A stretch of DNA of 64,000 nucleotides, from the NCBI GenBank assembly GCA_013265495.1, contig MU058337.1:2324686-2388685 (forward strand), given 5' to 3'. The translations under genes and the position numbers were made by a program. The stretch comes from Vicugna vicugna. Its lineage: Eukaryota. The notes below the pieces were generated by a model, which was not told where the DNA came from, searched no databases, and saw only the letters and a list, made by a program, of their open reading frames with translations. Shown one piece after another: positions 1 through 11,619 of this stretch. The number at the start of each line of letters is the position of its first letter. The stretch's first letter is position 1.

Positions 1-345
1 CCCTTAGCCACTGCCTCTGATCTTGTTGACTAACTTGCGCTGGCCAGTGGAAATTTAGCAAACGCGATGTGACAGAGGCTTTAAGTGAACGTCTGTGTTA
101 TGTCTTGGCCTCCTGAGCTTCTGCCATTTGTCAACAGAGGAGTATGCTCCAGGTCACCTGGAGTCCCAGAATGAGGAGATGCCTGTGGCTGAGCTAAACT
201 TAACTCACATGCCCCTCTGATCCCAGCAGCCTCCTGCTGAGCCACTGCTGACCAGCAGGGCCATGAGCAAGGACTGACTGCTTTTGCCAGCTTCTGAGCT
301 TCATGTTTGTATCAAGCAGCCTTATGCAGTAGAAAGTTGACAAAT
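1..345 (+). mobile_element. MaLR LTR fragment (MLT1H/I/J-like)
   Basis: Motifs tggccagtggaaat, ctgccat, cccagaatgaggaga, ccatgagc and 3' gcagtag..ttgacaaat typical of old MLT1 LTRs. Confidence 0.6.
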
Positions 346-2254
346 GTGATGCTTTCTGCGTGGACATGTATTCTGTGTCCTGCAGGCATCAATGAAAGTC
401 ATGTCCAGCGAAAGCCTGATTTGTTATGTTGTTGGGAACCAAGGGACAGATGCAACCTTGAAGTGATGCTACGCGGTGGGGGAAGGGCGGGCAGCAACAT
501 CCGCCCAGGAAAGTCAGAACAAAGAAAAAGAGGGACGAGTGCGGAAGAGCGCTGCAGGCGTCTAGCATCAGATGCTTTGCTGAAGGACAGCATGCAACTC
601 TGACGTACAAAGTCGTGGGACACATAGGCATTTTCTAGACATTCCCAGAAATACTTGGGGGAGAGAAACCCCGTAAAAGACTAGATTTTCTGCCACAATA
701 CACAAAGGAACGTGGGCTATTGCTATTTAGGCATTAAAGGGAAGCATGTCCCACCCCTGAAGGCTGAATAAGTGTGAGACACCTGGTTTACATTTGCCTA
801 AATCTTTGCACAGGACAATCCAACCTTCTAAGCGCGATGCGAAGTGGCATAGCCAATCTATTAAGCACAGCTTCTCTTAACTCATAATACATAGCATATA
901 GCAAGCGCACCCCAGCCGACATTTACTCTGCTCCTTCTGTGGACAAGGCTGGACTCAAAGATTTTTCAGGTTTTAAGTCCTTTACAGACTTATGAGATAA
1001 ATGATTTTTACTATCTTTAGTTCATAACTGAGTAAATTGTGGTTTAGAAAAGCTGAGTAGCTAGACCAAAATCCAGCGGCAAAAAATGACTCTATGTAGT
1101 CGTTTTTTTTTGGAAAACACACTTTGCTATTTTTCTTTTATCTTTGCTCCCTACCTCTGTGACTCCTAAAACATTGCAGGTGTCAGTATTTGTAAAATCT
1201 GTGTATATGTATACATATATATGACCATATTACATGTATAAAAATTATATATATATGTATGAATTCCAAAAAAATTGTATATGTTTAGAAATTGCAGACA
1301 ATAAGCCATCCTGTCCTTGGAGTGAGATCTACAATTGACAGATTTTGTCTGAGGACCAAGCACACTACCTACAAAGATATGGCCCCATGAGGAAGGAAGA
1401 CTTCCTTAATAGCTATCTACCAGACACATCATTCTTTTTTTTTTATTCTTTTTTCCCCCTAGGAGAACTATTTACTAAAAATCCACCCAAGCTGATGCAG
1501 CTTTGCCAAGGTGAGATATGCAAATCATCTGTGTAGTGCCACAGACACGGGAGGATTAATCATAGCATTAACAAAAGTCTGTTGTTAACCTTGAGGTGCA
1601 TTTAGAAAAAATGAAAAAGCACAGCCCAGTGGGTGCATAGAAATGGCATTTTATCAGTTACTGACCAGAGAGTTGCAACTGCAATAACCACAATCCTATC
1701 ACCTGAAAAAAAAAAAAAAAGCCTTTAAAACAAATAATAGGTCAGATTTGCATCTGAACAGTTCTGCACAACTGAATTGTTTCCACTTTTTTGGTTTAAC
1801 TCATCAGATGTTAAGTTACTGTTCTTTTGAGGGACAGTGAATCATAACTCAGAAATAATTTCCCTTTTTATTAGTAGTCAGAAATAATATAAGAAACAAA
1901 TAATTCCAGGTTAATTTACAAAAATTAATTAGTAACATTTTAATAGTCTTCTTCCTAAAACAATAGCTTGAATTAGTAAGAGTAGAGAAGGGTCAATCAG
2001 CAGTGTCAATTGAAAACGTAACGTTCAATGTACCACATTATAGATCTGTAACAGTGGTGGTGGAAGGTGTTCATTCCTGTTTGAAATAAATTAATCTTGT
2101 GAGTTTTTCTCTACGTAAATTCACTGACAATTCAAAACACTTCCCAGGACTGTTGACTTTCTATTGTTTGTTTGTTTCACTGATCAAAATAGCTCACAAT
2201 CTAGTATGCATGTGACCTAGAGATGAAAAATAATCAAGCAAAAGGCATTAGTTA

Positions 2255-2862
2255 TTGTATTAATACTATTGCTGTGTAACAAATCACCATGAACTTAATG
2301 ACTGAAAAGAACACGCATCAGTTAGCTCACAACATTCGTGTGTCAGGAGTCTTGAGTGTGGCTTGCCTGGATTCCATGCTTAGGGTCTCATAGGCTGTAA
2401 TCAAGATGCTGGCTGGGCTGTGTTCTCATCTGGAAGTTTGGCTGGGGGAGAATCTGCTTCCAAACTCTTTGGCTTTGGCAGATTTCCCTTCTTTGCAGCT
2501 GTATGATTGGCTTTCCTACCAGCTGTGGTTGGCAGTCCCCATTAGGTCGAGAGTCTGCCTGCAGTCCCAGGAGGCCACCCACAGTCCTCTGCCACCAGGA
2601 CTTTTCCAACATGTCCTTATACTCTGTCAGTCCTAAAGGAGGTCTGGCCTCAGTTGGCCGGACAGAGTCTTATGCAGTGTAATCTCATCACTGGAGTGGC
2701 CTGGTCACAGTATGGACTGTGTTAGTTAGAAGTGAGCCATAGCTCCTGTCCACGTGCAGGGGGTGGGGGCTAGAGAAAGAGATGAACACAGTTAGGTGGG
2801 ATTACAAAGAGGTTGACGCTAAGAGGTGGGGATATGGGGTCACTTTAGGGTTTGTCTGCCAC
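2255..2862 (-). mobile_element. MaLR LTR (MLT1E/F/G-like)
   Basis: tattgctgtgtaacaaatcac...ctcacaacattcgtgtgtcaggagt...aaggctgtaatcaagatgctggctggg...tctgccaca. Confidence 0.75.
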
Positions 2863-3614
2863 ACGTGTATATTTGAATATAGCTTCTCAGAAATACAGTG
2901 GAATCACATAAGCATACTCTGTGTCTACTCTAAAGTCTAAAAGGTAAATCTGTGGCTCATTTTTACACATCGGTTTTAGCAATGAACAGGCAGCCCAGAA
3001 TGGAAGCTTCTGCTGGACATTCTGCTGGGACTTAGGCTACTATGTCTGGGTCAGTTGATAACATATTAAAATACTGCCATACTCAGGAAAAGATGGATAG
3101 GGCCTCTGTTTTCATGGAATCTGCTTTCCAGTAATAATGACGTTTACACTTACGGGATGCTTTCACATTCCAGGCAAAATACTAATCCCTGCAAACTTCT
3201 GGGATGGAACTCTGATTTCCCAAGCCTCACTCATGACCAGGAAACTCTAGCTAAACTTGTTCTGGGTAAATCTGAGTGAGATCTGCTAGACGGGGACAAA
3301 GGCTTATAAGAAGCTTGGGCTTTGCCTGAGAACTGTGGATCCTTAATTATACTTGGGAGGTTTTTATCAGATAAGTTTAGCATACTTGAAAGTTTAAAAA
3401 AAAGCAGATCTGTTCATATGATTTTACTCAGTAAATAAATCTACCTGACTTGTGTTTAGGGAGAAAAATTTAAAAAAAAAATGAAGTACAGATAGTAGAG
3501 ATCATTTCTCCAAAACAGTTGAAATATTATTCAGTAGAAAAAGACCAGCAGACCTGATTTAAACCCAGTGTGAGACTGAGTACTCTGGAAGGATTAAAAA
3601 TCTACTATGAAATT

Positions 3615-3730
3615 TCATTTTTCAGATGAGAAAACTGAGGTATTGGGGTTAAGTATCTTTCCCAGGGTCACACAGCTTGAAAACGCTGGAGCAGAGCTTC
3701 AAATCCAAGCAGCTGACTTTAAACCTCAGG
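3615..3730 (-). mobile_element. MIR SINE fragment
   Basis: catttttcagatgagaaaactgagg...ttaagtatctttcccagggtcacacagct. Confidence 0.75.
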
Positions 3731-3761
3731 CTGTTAAACTTGATATTAAATTTTATCTATT

Positions 3762-4353
3762 GGAGACGGGAGGGAAGGGGGCGGGGCACAACCATTAACA
3801 GAATGACACAGCAGTTAGCACCAAGGTGGCAGAAGAGTCAACCCCCAGTGGACCTTGAGCTTCATTATACAGTTATTGTACTGTATCAGCATGGTAAACG
3901 GCACTCCCACGGGCATGACAGTTTCAAGGCTGATCATAAAATGTCAAAAAGTGGGTGGTGGCCCTATTCCAGGGAGTCCCGGCCGCTCCCCCAAAGTAGG
4001 TGGAATAACCCTCCCACTTGTTAGCACGTGAAGCTACCAAGCCCATTAAAAACCAACAGCCCCACACCTCGCGGCCTTTCTCCCTCCTTCTGAGACGGCC
4101 AGCACTCTGACTGTGGAGTGTGCATCTGCTTTTGTTTTAATCACCCCCATGTCTCATGGCCTCTCTTGTGATGGCCTACACTCGGTCTATGAAGTACTCA
4201 TCTCTGAATAAATCTGCTTTCACTCTGCTATGGCTTGCTCTTGAATTCTTTCCTGCGCAAAGCCAAGGACCGTCACTCGGTGGGCCGCATCCCAAGGATG
4301 CAGCCGAGACCTGGGACATGGCCATCCTCGCACGCCCCATTTTTCCTGTATCA
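3762..4353 (+). mobile_element. ERV solo LTR (ERV1-like), same family as 33107-33688
   Basis: Ends tttcctgtatCA; internal AATAAA at about 4207; clear similarity to the 33 kb copy; degenerate 4-bp TSD tatt/cgtt. Confidence 0.8.
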
Positions 4354-6689
4354 CGTTTACTTGCGAATGTTACTCTATCTGGAAAAAAAATCCATTTAAA
4401 AAAAATCCGTTCCATCACAAAAGTCCTAGACACACCAAGCAGATGGTTAATCATGTGGCCCTGTGGGTACTGCCCACAAGACCTGGGCCCCGTCATGTCT
4501 TAAGGTGATGTGTGTGTTTATGCTGTTTATCTCTCTCAGTGAACAGTTATCTCATTGGAGCGTAGCTGTGTCTTAAGCATTGTGTTATCCGTCTCAAATG
4601 TTGTAATGCATCCTGCATAGGTGAGACTTAATCCTGATGCCCTTTAAATTCTACCCAAAATAGTCAAGCTATGTTAACGGAAAAGTGGCCTCTCAGTTTG
4701 AGAGGGGACCATCAGAGTATTTGGAACAGGGTTGTAGCCTCAGGGTTCCACACAGAGGACACTTACTTCAGATTACCCAGAAGACGTTCTAAGGCCTGTT
4801 GGCTTGGCTTGATTCTAATCCTTTAGAGAATAAAATGAAACGTTTTCCACTTTTCCAGTGGAGTAAGCAGAGTTTTATTGTGCTTCCTGCATCATTGTCA
4901 CACTACTAATCCATTCGAAAATGAATTTGTTCTGGAAAAGAATGGGTCAGAGGCCTCTATGGAGGAATACAATGGTAGGATATTTTGAAATGATTGTAAA
5001 GCAAAACAGATAATCGCATTTTCAAACTCTTTGAAATATATATGTAAAATGTTATGTGCTTGAGGTTGAATAAAAAGATAAATAGAGTTGTTACCCAGTA
5101 ATGTACCAATTACAGATAGGATTGTGTGTCCTTTCTCCCTCGTACACAGTCAGAAAGGGAAGAAAAAAGATTATCCTCCTTTTAATAATTTGATTTGGTT
5201 CATTCATCTTTGGAGTTACCTTTCCATACAATTAGATGCTCTGCTTTTCCTTTCTGGAAAGTGGAACAGTGTGAGTCAAGAGAATGTTCTCATATTAATA
5301 GATGCTGACAAGAATATTAGAGTGACCAAGAGAAGAAAGGAGGCAGGTTCAGGGTTGAGGAAGAGACAAATGAGGAAGACCTCATTTGAAATTATTAGTT
5401 GCAAGAAAAATATCTATTGACTTTTTTGTGTTTTTTGAAGTACCTCCATTCGCTTCCCCAAATACAGCTATGTACAGTGATGGATAAGTTCCCTCGCTTT
5501 TAAGCTTATTCACATCCATTAGTTCTGCCTTTTTCCCCTGTTAAAAATCTGAAGCTGTCAGACTGAAGTAGCATGATCAGCTAATGTTCTTGCCAGATTC
5601 AAAGCATGTCCCCAGGGGTGGCGAGAGCATTCTGAATCGCAAAGAAATGGCTTCTTAAACGTTGCCTGTTGACACTGGTCACTCCATTTACTCCATCGGA
5701 AATGCTGAAATAGATATCAGGCAATTAAGGATGTTTAACAGGCCTTTGATGATCAATTTTCTCTAAATATTTCATTTCAGACACAACAAAAGCAGACAGT
5801 TGAAATTCAGTATATTTTACATAGACTTTTATTTAAAAATAGCACATAGCTGTATTTTCAAAATTGGTTAAGTCATTTTCTAGTTTTCACTTCAGATTTA
5901 CTGATGATTATGCCCTTCATTCCCTGTAGTATTCGATTATTATTTTGCAGACTGATTTTTTTTATTTCTTCTGTAATAGTTTCATAGTTTCTGCCTTATC
6001 ACACTTATTATTTTGTACGAACGAAAGGGAAGAGGTTTCAGGGGAAGTAAATAATTTCTAAGATGTAAATTCCCCAAACATTTCATATTAGAAGTAATTG
6101 CCAGCATGTCTCTTACAGGGTACAGAACTCAGAAGCTCTTGTGATAAAAATAATAGAATAAATTGCATTATTCCCTGGCTCCATCAGAATATTATTATAG
6201 AAATTAGATCAGGTTAAAACAAAACCAAACAAGTTTGTCTTAATAAAGAACAAAAACAACAAAAGCCCCAGGAGAGAAGAGGAGATATGCAACAAGGACC
6301 AAAAATAGACACACACGAGAGGAACCAATCCATTTATTGACTTGTTAAATGTGGACAGTGATTGATGAATAATTGAATAAATGTAAGAGCAGCATTTTCA
6401 AAGCCAGCTGGCAAAATGACGTCATTCCCTGTACACCACTGTCATGGTTTTCCTGCTTCTGTGTCCCTCCCTCATTGTCCTTTCACCCCAATTCCTCACG
6501 CAGTTGTCAGAGTTCTTCTAAGTCTTTGGACTTGGGTGACTGACTTTTACCCTTGAAATAGACCGGAAATGTAGAGCTGGGCTGGAGAGAGGAGAGGGGG
6601 AGGAAAGAAAGCGTGTGGACAGAGTTGATACTGAGGTCACAGAGGCTGAGAGACACATGGATGGGGCTCCCAAGGCTCCTTGGCGTTGT

Positions 6690-8090
6690 ATTCATTACAT
6701 GAATTAAATGAATGATTGCATCACATTGTGAGCGTGTGTTCCTACGTTAGTGGTGGAGACACAAATACATGGTTCAGTTGCCTGAATCAGTTACCCTGAA
6801 GAAGTTTCTCTGCGGAAGCGACACCTCAGTCACTCCCTAAGGAAGGTACCAAACCAGTGGACAAGAGTATTTCGAGCAGAGGGAAGAGCAGTGTGTGAAC
6901 TCTCAGAAGCAGGAAGAACATAACTAGCTTGAGGGAGAGAAAAAACTCAAGTAGAGAAGAAAGCATTTCAGAAAGAAGGACGGGAGGGACTAGTGAGGCG
7001 CATTTAGACCATGTCAACAATCCCTGACTGCATCCTTAAGTAATAAAGAGGCACTAAAAGTTTTTAATAAGAGCAACGACGTGATCAGAATTGCCTTTTT
7101 AAAAGCCCATTCTGCCTTCTGCACGGAGGGTCGCATATAAAGAGGCTCAGAATGATGTCAGGCGACACAGAAGGAGTTTATCTGAGTGGCCCTCATTGGG
7201 ATGAGGTGACAGGGAGTATATTAGTCTCCTGGGGCCGCCATAGGAAGGTACCCCAAGTTGGGTGGCTTCAAACAACATAATGTTCAGGAGACTAGAAGTC
7301 AGAGCAAGGCATCAGCGGGGCATGTCCTCTCTGAACGCTCTAGGGGATCTCCTCCATACCCTTCTTTCAGCTTCTAGGGTTGCTGGTAATCCTTGGCATT
7401 CCTTGGTTTGCAGATACCTCACTCCAACACCTGTCTCCATCATTGCGTATTATTCTTACTTGTGTGTCTTCACATTATCTTCCTCATGTGTGTCTGCCTC
7501 TGTGTCTCTCCCCTCTTCTCAGAAAGACAGCAGTCTTACTGGATTAGGGCCTGCCCAGATTACCTCATCTTAACAAGTTACATCTGCAAAGATTCTATTC
7601 CAAAAAGGTCACATTCACAGGTATCAGGGGTTAAGACTTTAACACATCTTTTGGGCGGGGATACATAATTTAACCCATAATGGAGGGCTTTGAAATGAAA
7701 TGAGATGATGGGTAGTTGAAAGGAACCATGAAAAGTTTTTACAATATATTTATGGTGGTAGACTCAACAGGACTTGGTGATTGAGTGGGATTTGAGGGAT
7801 GGGGTAGCGTTACGGTTGACTTCCAAGTTTCTGACATGAATAATAGATGATGATGCCATTTGTTGAAGCAGGAAATTTAATAGATAAAATAAGTGGTGGG
7901 GTGAGCAGGGGTTCATTTTTGACATACCACGTTTGACTGGTCTGTGAAATTTCACGTGAAAATGTATGTAGACTTGGTGACTGAAAAATGCCTTTGGAAT
8001 TCAGAATGAGAGATCTGGGCTGGAGATATAAATGTAAGAGTCATTTGTATATAAATGATAATCAGAGCTCTGAAAGTAGATAACATTACT
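6690..8090 (-). mobile_element. L2 LINE fragments, interrupted by an MLT1 LTR
   Basis: Typical L2 motifs (gaatgaatga, cagagggaagagcagtgtg, gtgatcagaattgcctttt, gggttcatttttgacat, tctgggctggagatataaat). Confidence 0.7.
7216..7680 (-). mobile_element. MaLR LTR (MLT1A/B/C-like)
   Basis: tattagtctcctggggccgccata...ggattagggcc...acatctgcaaagattctattccaaaaaggtcacattcacagg. Confidence 0.8.
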
Positions 8091-8125
8091 GTTGATATTA
8101 GAAGAAATTTCTTCTAATATCAACA
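8090..8125. repeat. Perfect 36-bp palindrome without spacer
   Basis: TGTTGATATTAGAAGAAA|TTTCTTCTAATATCAACA. Confidence 0.95.
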
Positions 8126-8149
8126 TTAAACATTTAAAAGGCTGAACGG

Positions 8150-9490
8150 ACTTACATTTCTGGCCAAGATGGACAAATAAAAACCAGATTTACCCCAACA
8201 TGGGAAATAAACAAAAACAGAACATTTGAAACAATGGTTTGCAAGACAGGGGACTTCAGGCAATCAAGGAAAGAAATCTTTGAAAGTCCAGAACAAAGCA
8301 AGCAAATTGAGCCCTCCAATTGCTTAAAGATCAAGAACAAACCAAAGGTGACTGCACTCACAACTTCTATTTAACATAGTACTGAAGCGTCCAGCCACAG
8401 CAGCAAGGTAAGAAAAATAGGGAAAAGGCATACAGTTTGGAAAGGAAGAAGCAAATTGATTTTAGCTGCAGACAATGTAGTGAACTATGTAAACAACTTA
8501 ATGGAATCTGAAAAGCTGCTAGAACAAATGTGTAATTTTAGCAAGGTTGCAGGATACAAGCTGAGTATACAAAAATCAATTGTACTTTTAAACAACAGTA
8601 ATTAACAGCCTGGTATTTTAAAAATGCTATTTATAATAGCATGAAATAAGAAGTGCTCAACAGTAAATCTGACAAAATATGTGAAAGGCCTACCCAGTTA
8701 AAATTATAAAACACCACAGAGAAAATAAAAGATTATCTAAAAAGTTGAAAAAAAATACATTTTCATGGTTCAGAAGACTCATTATTTTTAAGATGCCAAT
8801 TTTCCCTGAAAGTGATCTACAAATTCCATGTAACCCAGTAAGCTGTATATAGAAATTGACAAGCTGAATTTGAAATTCTGTGAAAATACAAAGAACATAG
8901 ATTGGTCATAATAATTTCTTAAAAAGGAAAACAAAGCTGGGAGTAAGAAGAATTTTAAGACAGATTTTCTCATTAAAATAGGCAAATAGATCAATAGAAC
9001 AATATAAAGAGTCCCCAAATACATTTATATATGTGGACAATTGATTTTGAACAAAGAGGTAAAGGGAATTCAGAATTAAAAAGACAAACCATAGCCCAGA
9101 AGAAAATATTTGCAAAAGATACATCTAATGTCGGGTTATCTGTGTTAGAATGGAGAAAGAAATCTCAAAACCCAATAAGAAAACAACCAACCCAATGGAA
9201 AAATGATCAAAACTTTAACAGACACTTCACCAAAGACATGTGCATGGCCAATATGCATTGAAAATGCTCAACGTTATTGTTCACTAGAGAAATGCAAACC
9301 AAAGCACAATGGTAGCACTAAACGTCGATTACATGGCTCAAATTAAAACTACTGGCCATGCCAAATATTGGTGGGAATAAGGAGGAACTGGGACCCTCAT
9401 ACCCCACTGGATAGAGTGCAGAATAGTTCAGTCACTTTAGAAAACTGTTGGACAGTTTCTTTAAAATCTGAGCATAAACCTACTATATAG
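8150..9490 (+). mobile_element. Old L1 (L1M) ORF2/3' fragments
   Basis: tttagcaaggttgcaggatacaag, caaaaatcaattgta, ggaagactc, acagacacttcaccaaaga, gaaatgcaaa; decayed with no intact ORF. Confidence 0.85.
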
Positions 9491-10227
9491 TTACACAGCC
9501 TTAAAAAATTACATCAAAGTAAAAATGGATGTGTGGAAAAGGAGATTAAGAAAAAAGCAGAGGGACAGAGCACAAGGAGTAGGAGCTACAATAGAAGCCA
9601 AGAGTAGGGACCAGGCAACTCCTTCTAATGCTATTTACAATTAAAGGACATTTGGAACTTAAAACCATTCACTGGATTCCAAGTTTACAATATGGATAAA
9701 GGAAGAGGAATTTAGTTAACTGAGTCGGCATGAAACAGACAAGAGTAAGGTGACTGAGAAATGATAAAATAGAGATAGCAAGGAGACATTTTAGAGCTTT
9801 GTCTTTTAAAAGAAGGAGAGAGAGAGCGCAAGACAGAGAGAGAAGGAGATTGTTAGCCGGAAGGTAAAGGATTCTTGTTATTAAGAGGTTGAAGTCTTAG
9901 CATACTGAATACTGATGATGGAGGCCAATGAAGAGAGAGTGACTGAATCAATAGTTTGTTTCGACCACCTCAGAAATGGATGGGGTACACAGGTTTGGTA
10001 GAAGGATGCGTTTTCCTCACGGGACAGATGAAAGCAGATAGGTCTGAACACTGGGTCCTAATGGTGGGCTCTTAGGGAAGTCTTTTTATAGTTTTTAATT
10101 TCTCTTTGATTTAGGAGGAATGGACAACTGCTGAGATGTAAGGGGTTGAATGAGAGGTCAGAGTATTAATAAGCAGAAAATACTTGAAATAATCCCTTGA
10201 GAGAGTGGGACAGGCAGTTTGTATGGT

Positions 10228-10400
10228 GGTTTAGACCTGGGTGTCTGGAGTTACAGGCGTTTGCATCCTGATCCTGGCTCCCCCACATACTCGTGATACT
10301 GCGAGCTGGGGATAAACCAAGCTAAACCTCCACGTCTTCATCTCTACTTCTGGATGATAGCCGAGCAAGTTTCGTGGACTTCTTGGGAGGAGTAAAGTAC
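10228..10400 (+). mobile_element. MIR SINE
   Basis: ggttta..tctggagttacag..tttgcatcctg..ctaaacctc..gtcttcatctctac..ggatgatag. Confidence 0.55.
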
Positions 10401-11189
10401 TTTGATTTATTTCTATTTTCACGGGGCCTGACTCTTAGTGAGTCTCGAATACATTGTACCCATGATCACTACTATTTCTGAAGGAGGCAAGAGAAAGCCA
10501 GTGGTCATATTAACATGCACCATCACTCCCTGCAAAGAGAAGCCCGAGAAGAATTCAGTGCTAGGAAGGAGCAGTTCCCCCTGAAGAGTCTTGTCGGAAG
10601 CGGAGATCTGCTTCATCTGGTTAACACGTGGAGACCTCCTTCCAAAAGGAGGCTGGTCTGGATGTTAACAAGCCAAAACCAGATGACAAATGCCTGCCGT
10701 TGACATACCGTCTTTCTGAATGAATGACACTTGGAAACTGAGATTCAATATAAAATTCTCTGTAATACCCAAGCCAGAAATACCAAGCAACATAATATCT
10801 GTTAGTTCACATAACTTCTCTCACTACCACAATCTGCTGTGATTCAAACACTGAGTAAAAAATAAATGAAAGCCCCCCCAAAGGCTAAAATTATTAATTT
10901 TCATTTGGATAAAAAAGATAAAGTTTTAATGATAGGCAATTTTCATTTTACTACTTTAATTTGTAAAATGTCGCTTGCTGAGAATTCTCATTTACTAACA
11001 TGATAGATAATATGTGTTATGGAATAATTTTAATAATTGCAAGGCCATTTATTGTCTCGCCCTCTTTTGTTTTTTCATGGATACTTTTGGAAGACTTAGT
11101 TCATAAAGACTTCTGCTAAATAAGACATTGGAAAAGAAGAGAGATTAGGGCGCCAGTTTCTGTGGATTATTTAAAGTTCAAAAGTAGTC

Positions 11190-11619
11190 TGTACTGAGTT
11201 GAACAATGTCCCCTCAAGATTCCTATCCTTTCCAGAACCTTAGAATGTGACCTTGTTTAGAAATAGGGTTTTGCATATATAATTAGTTAAGATAAGGTCA
11301 TACTGGAGTAGATGGTGCCCTAAATCCAATATGAATGTTGTCCTTATAGAAGAGGAAGAAGAGACACAGAGGGAAGAAAGCCATGTGAGAACAGAGTCAG
11401 ACAGTGCAGTGGTGCAGCTACAGGCCGAAGGCTGCCACGGAACACCAGAGCTAGCAGACATACGGGACAGATTCTCCCTCAGGGCTTCTGGTGGGAACCA
11501 GCTTGCTGACATCTAAATTTTGAACTTCTAGCCTCCAAAACTGCGAGACAATAAATTGCTGCTAGTTACGTCCCCCGATTTGTGATGATGTGTTATGGTG
11601 GCCCAAGCAAGCTAATACA
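11190..11619 (+). mobile_element. MaLR LTR (MLT1B/C-like)
   Basis: tgtactgagttgaacaatgtcccc...gaatgtgaccttgtttagaaataggg...aataaattgctg...agctaataca. Confidence 0.85.

Noticed and set aside
3677..4503. ORFs of 106-115 aa
   Set aside because: Lie within the solo LTR.
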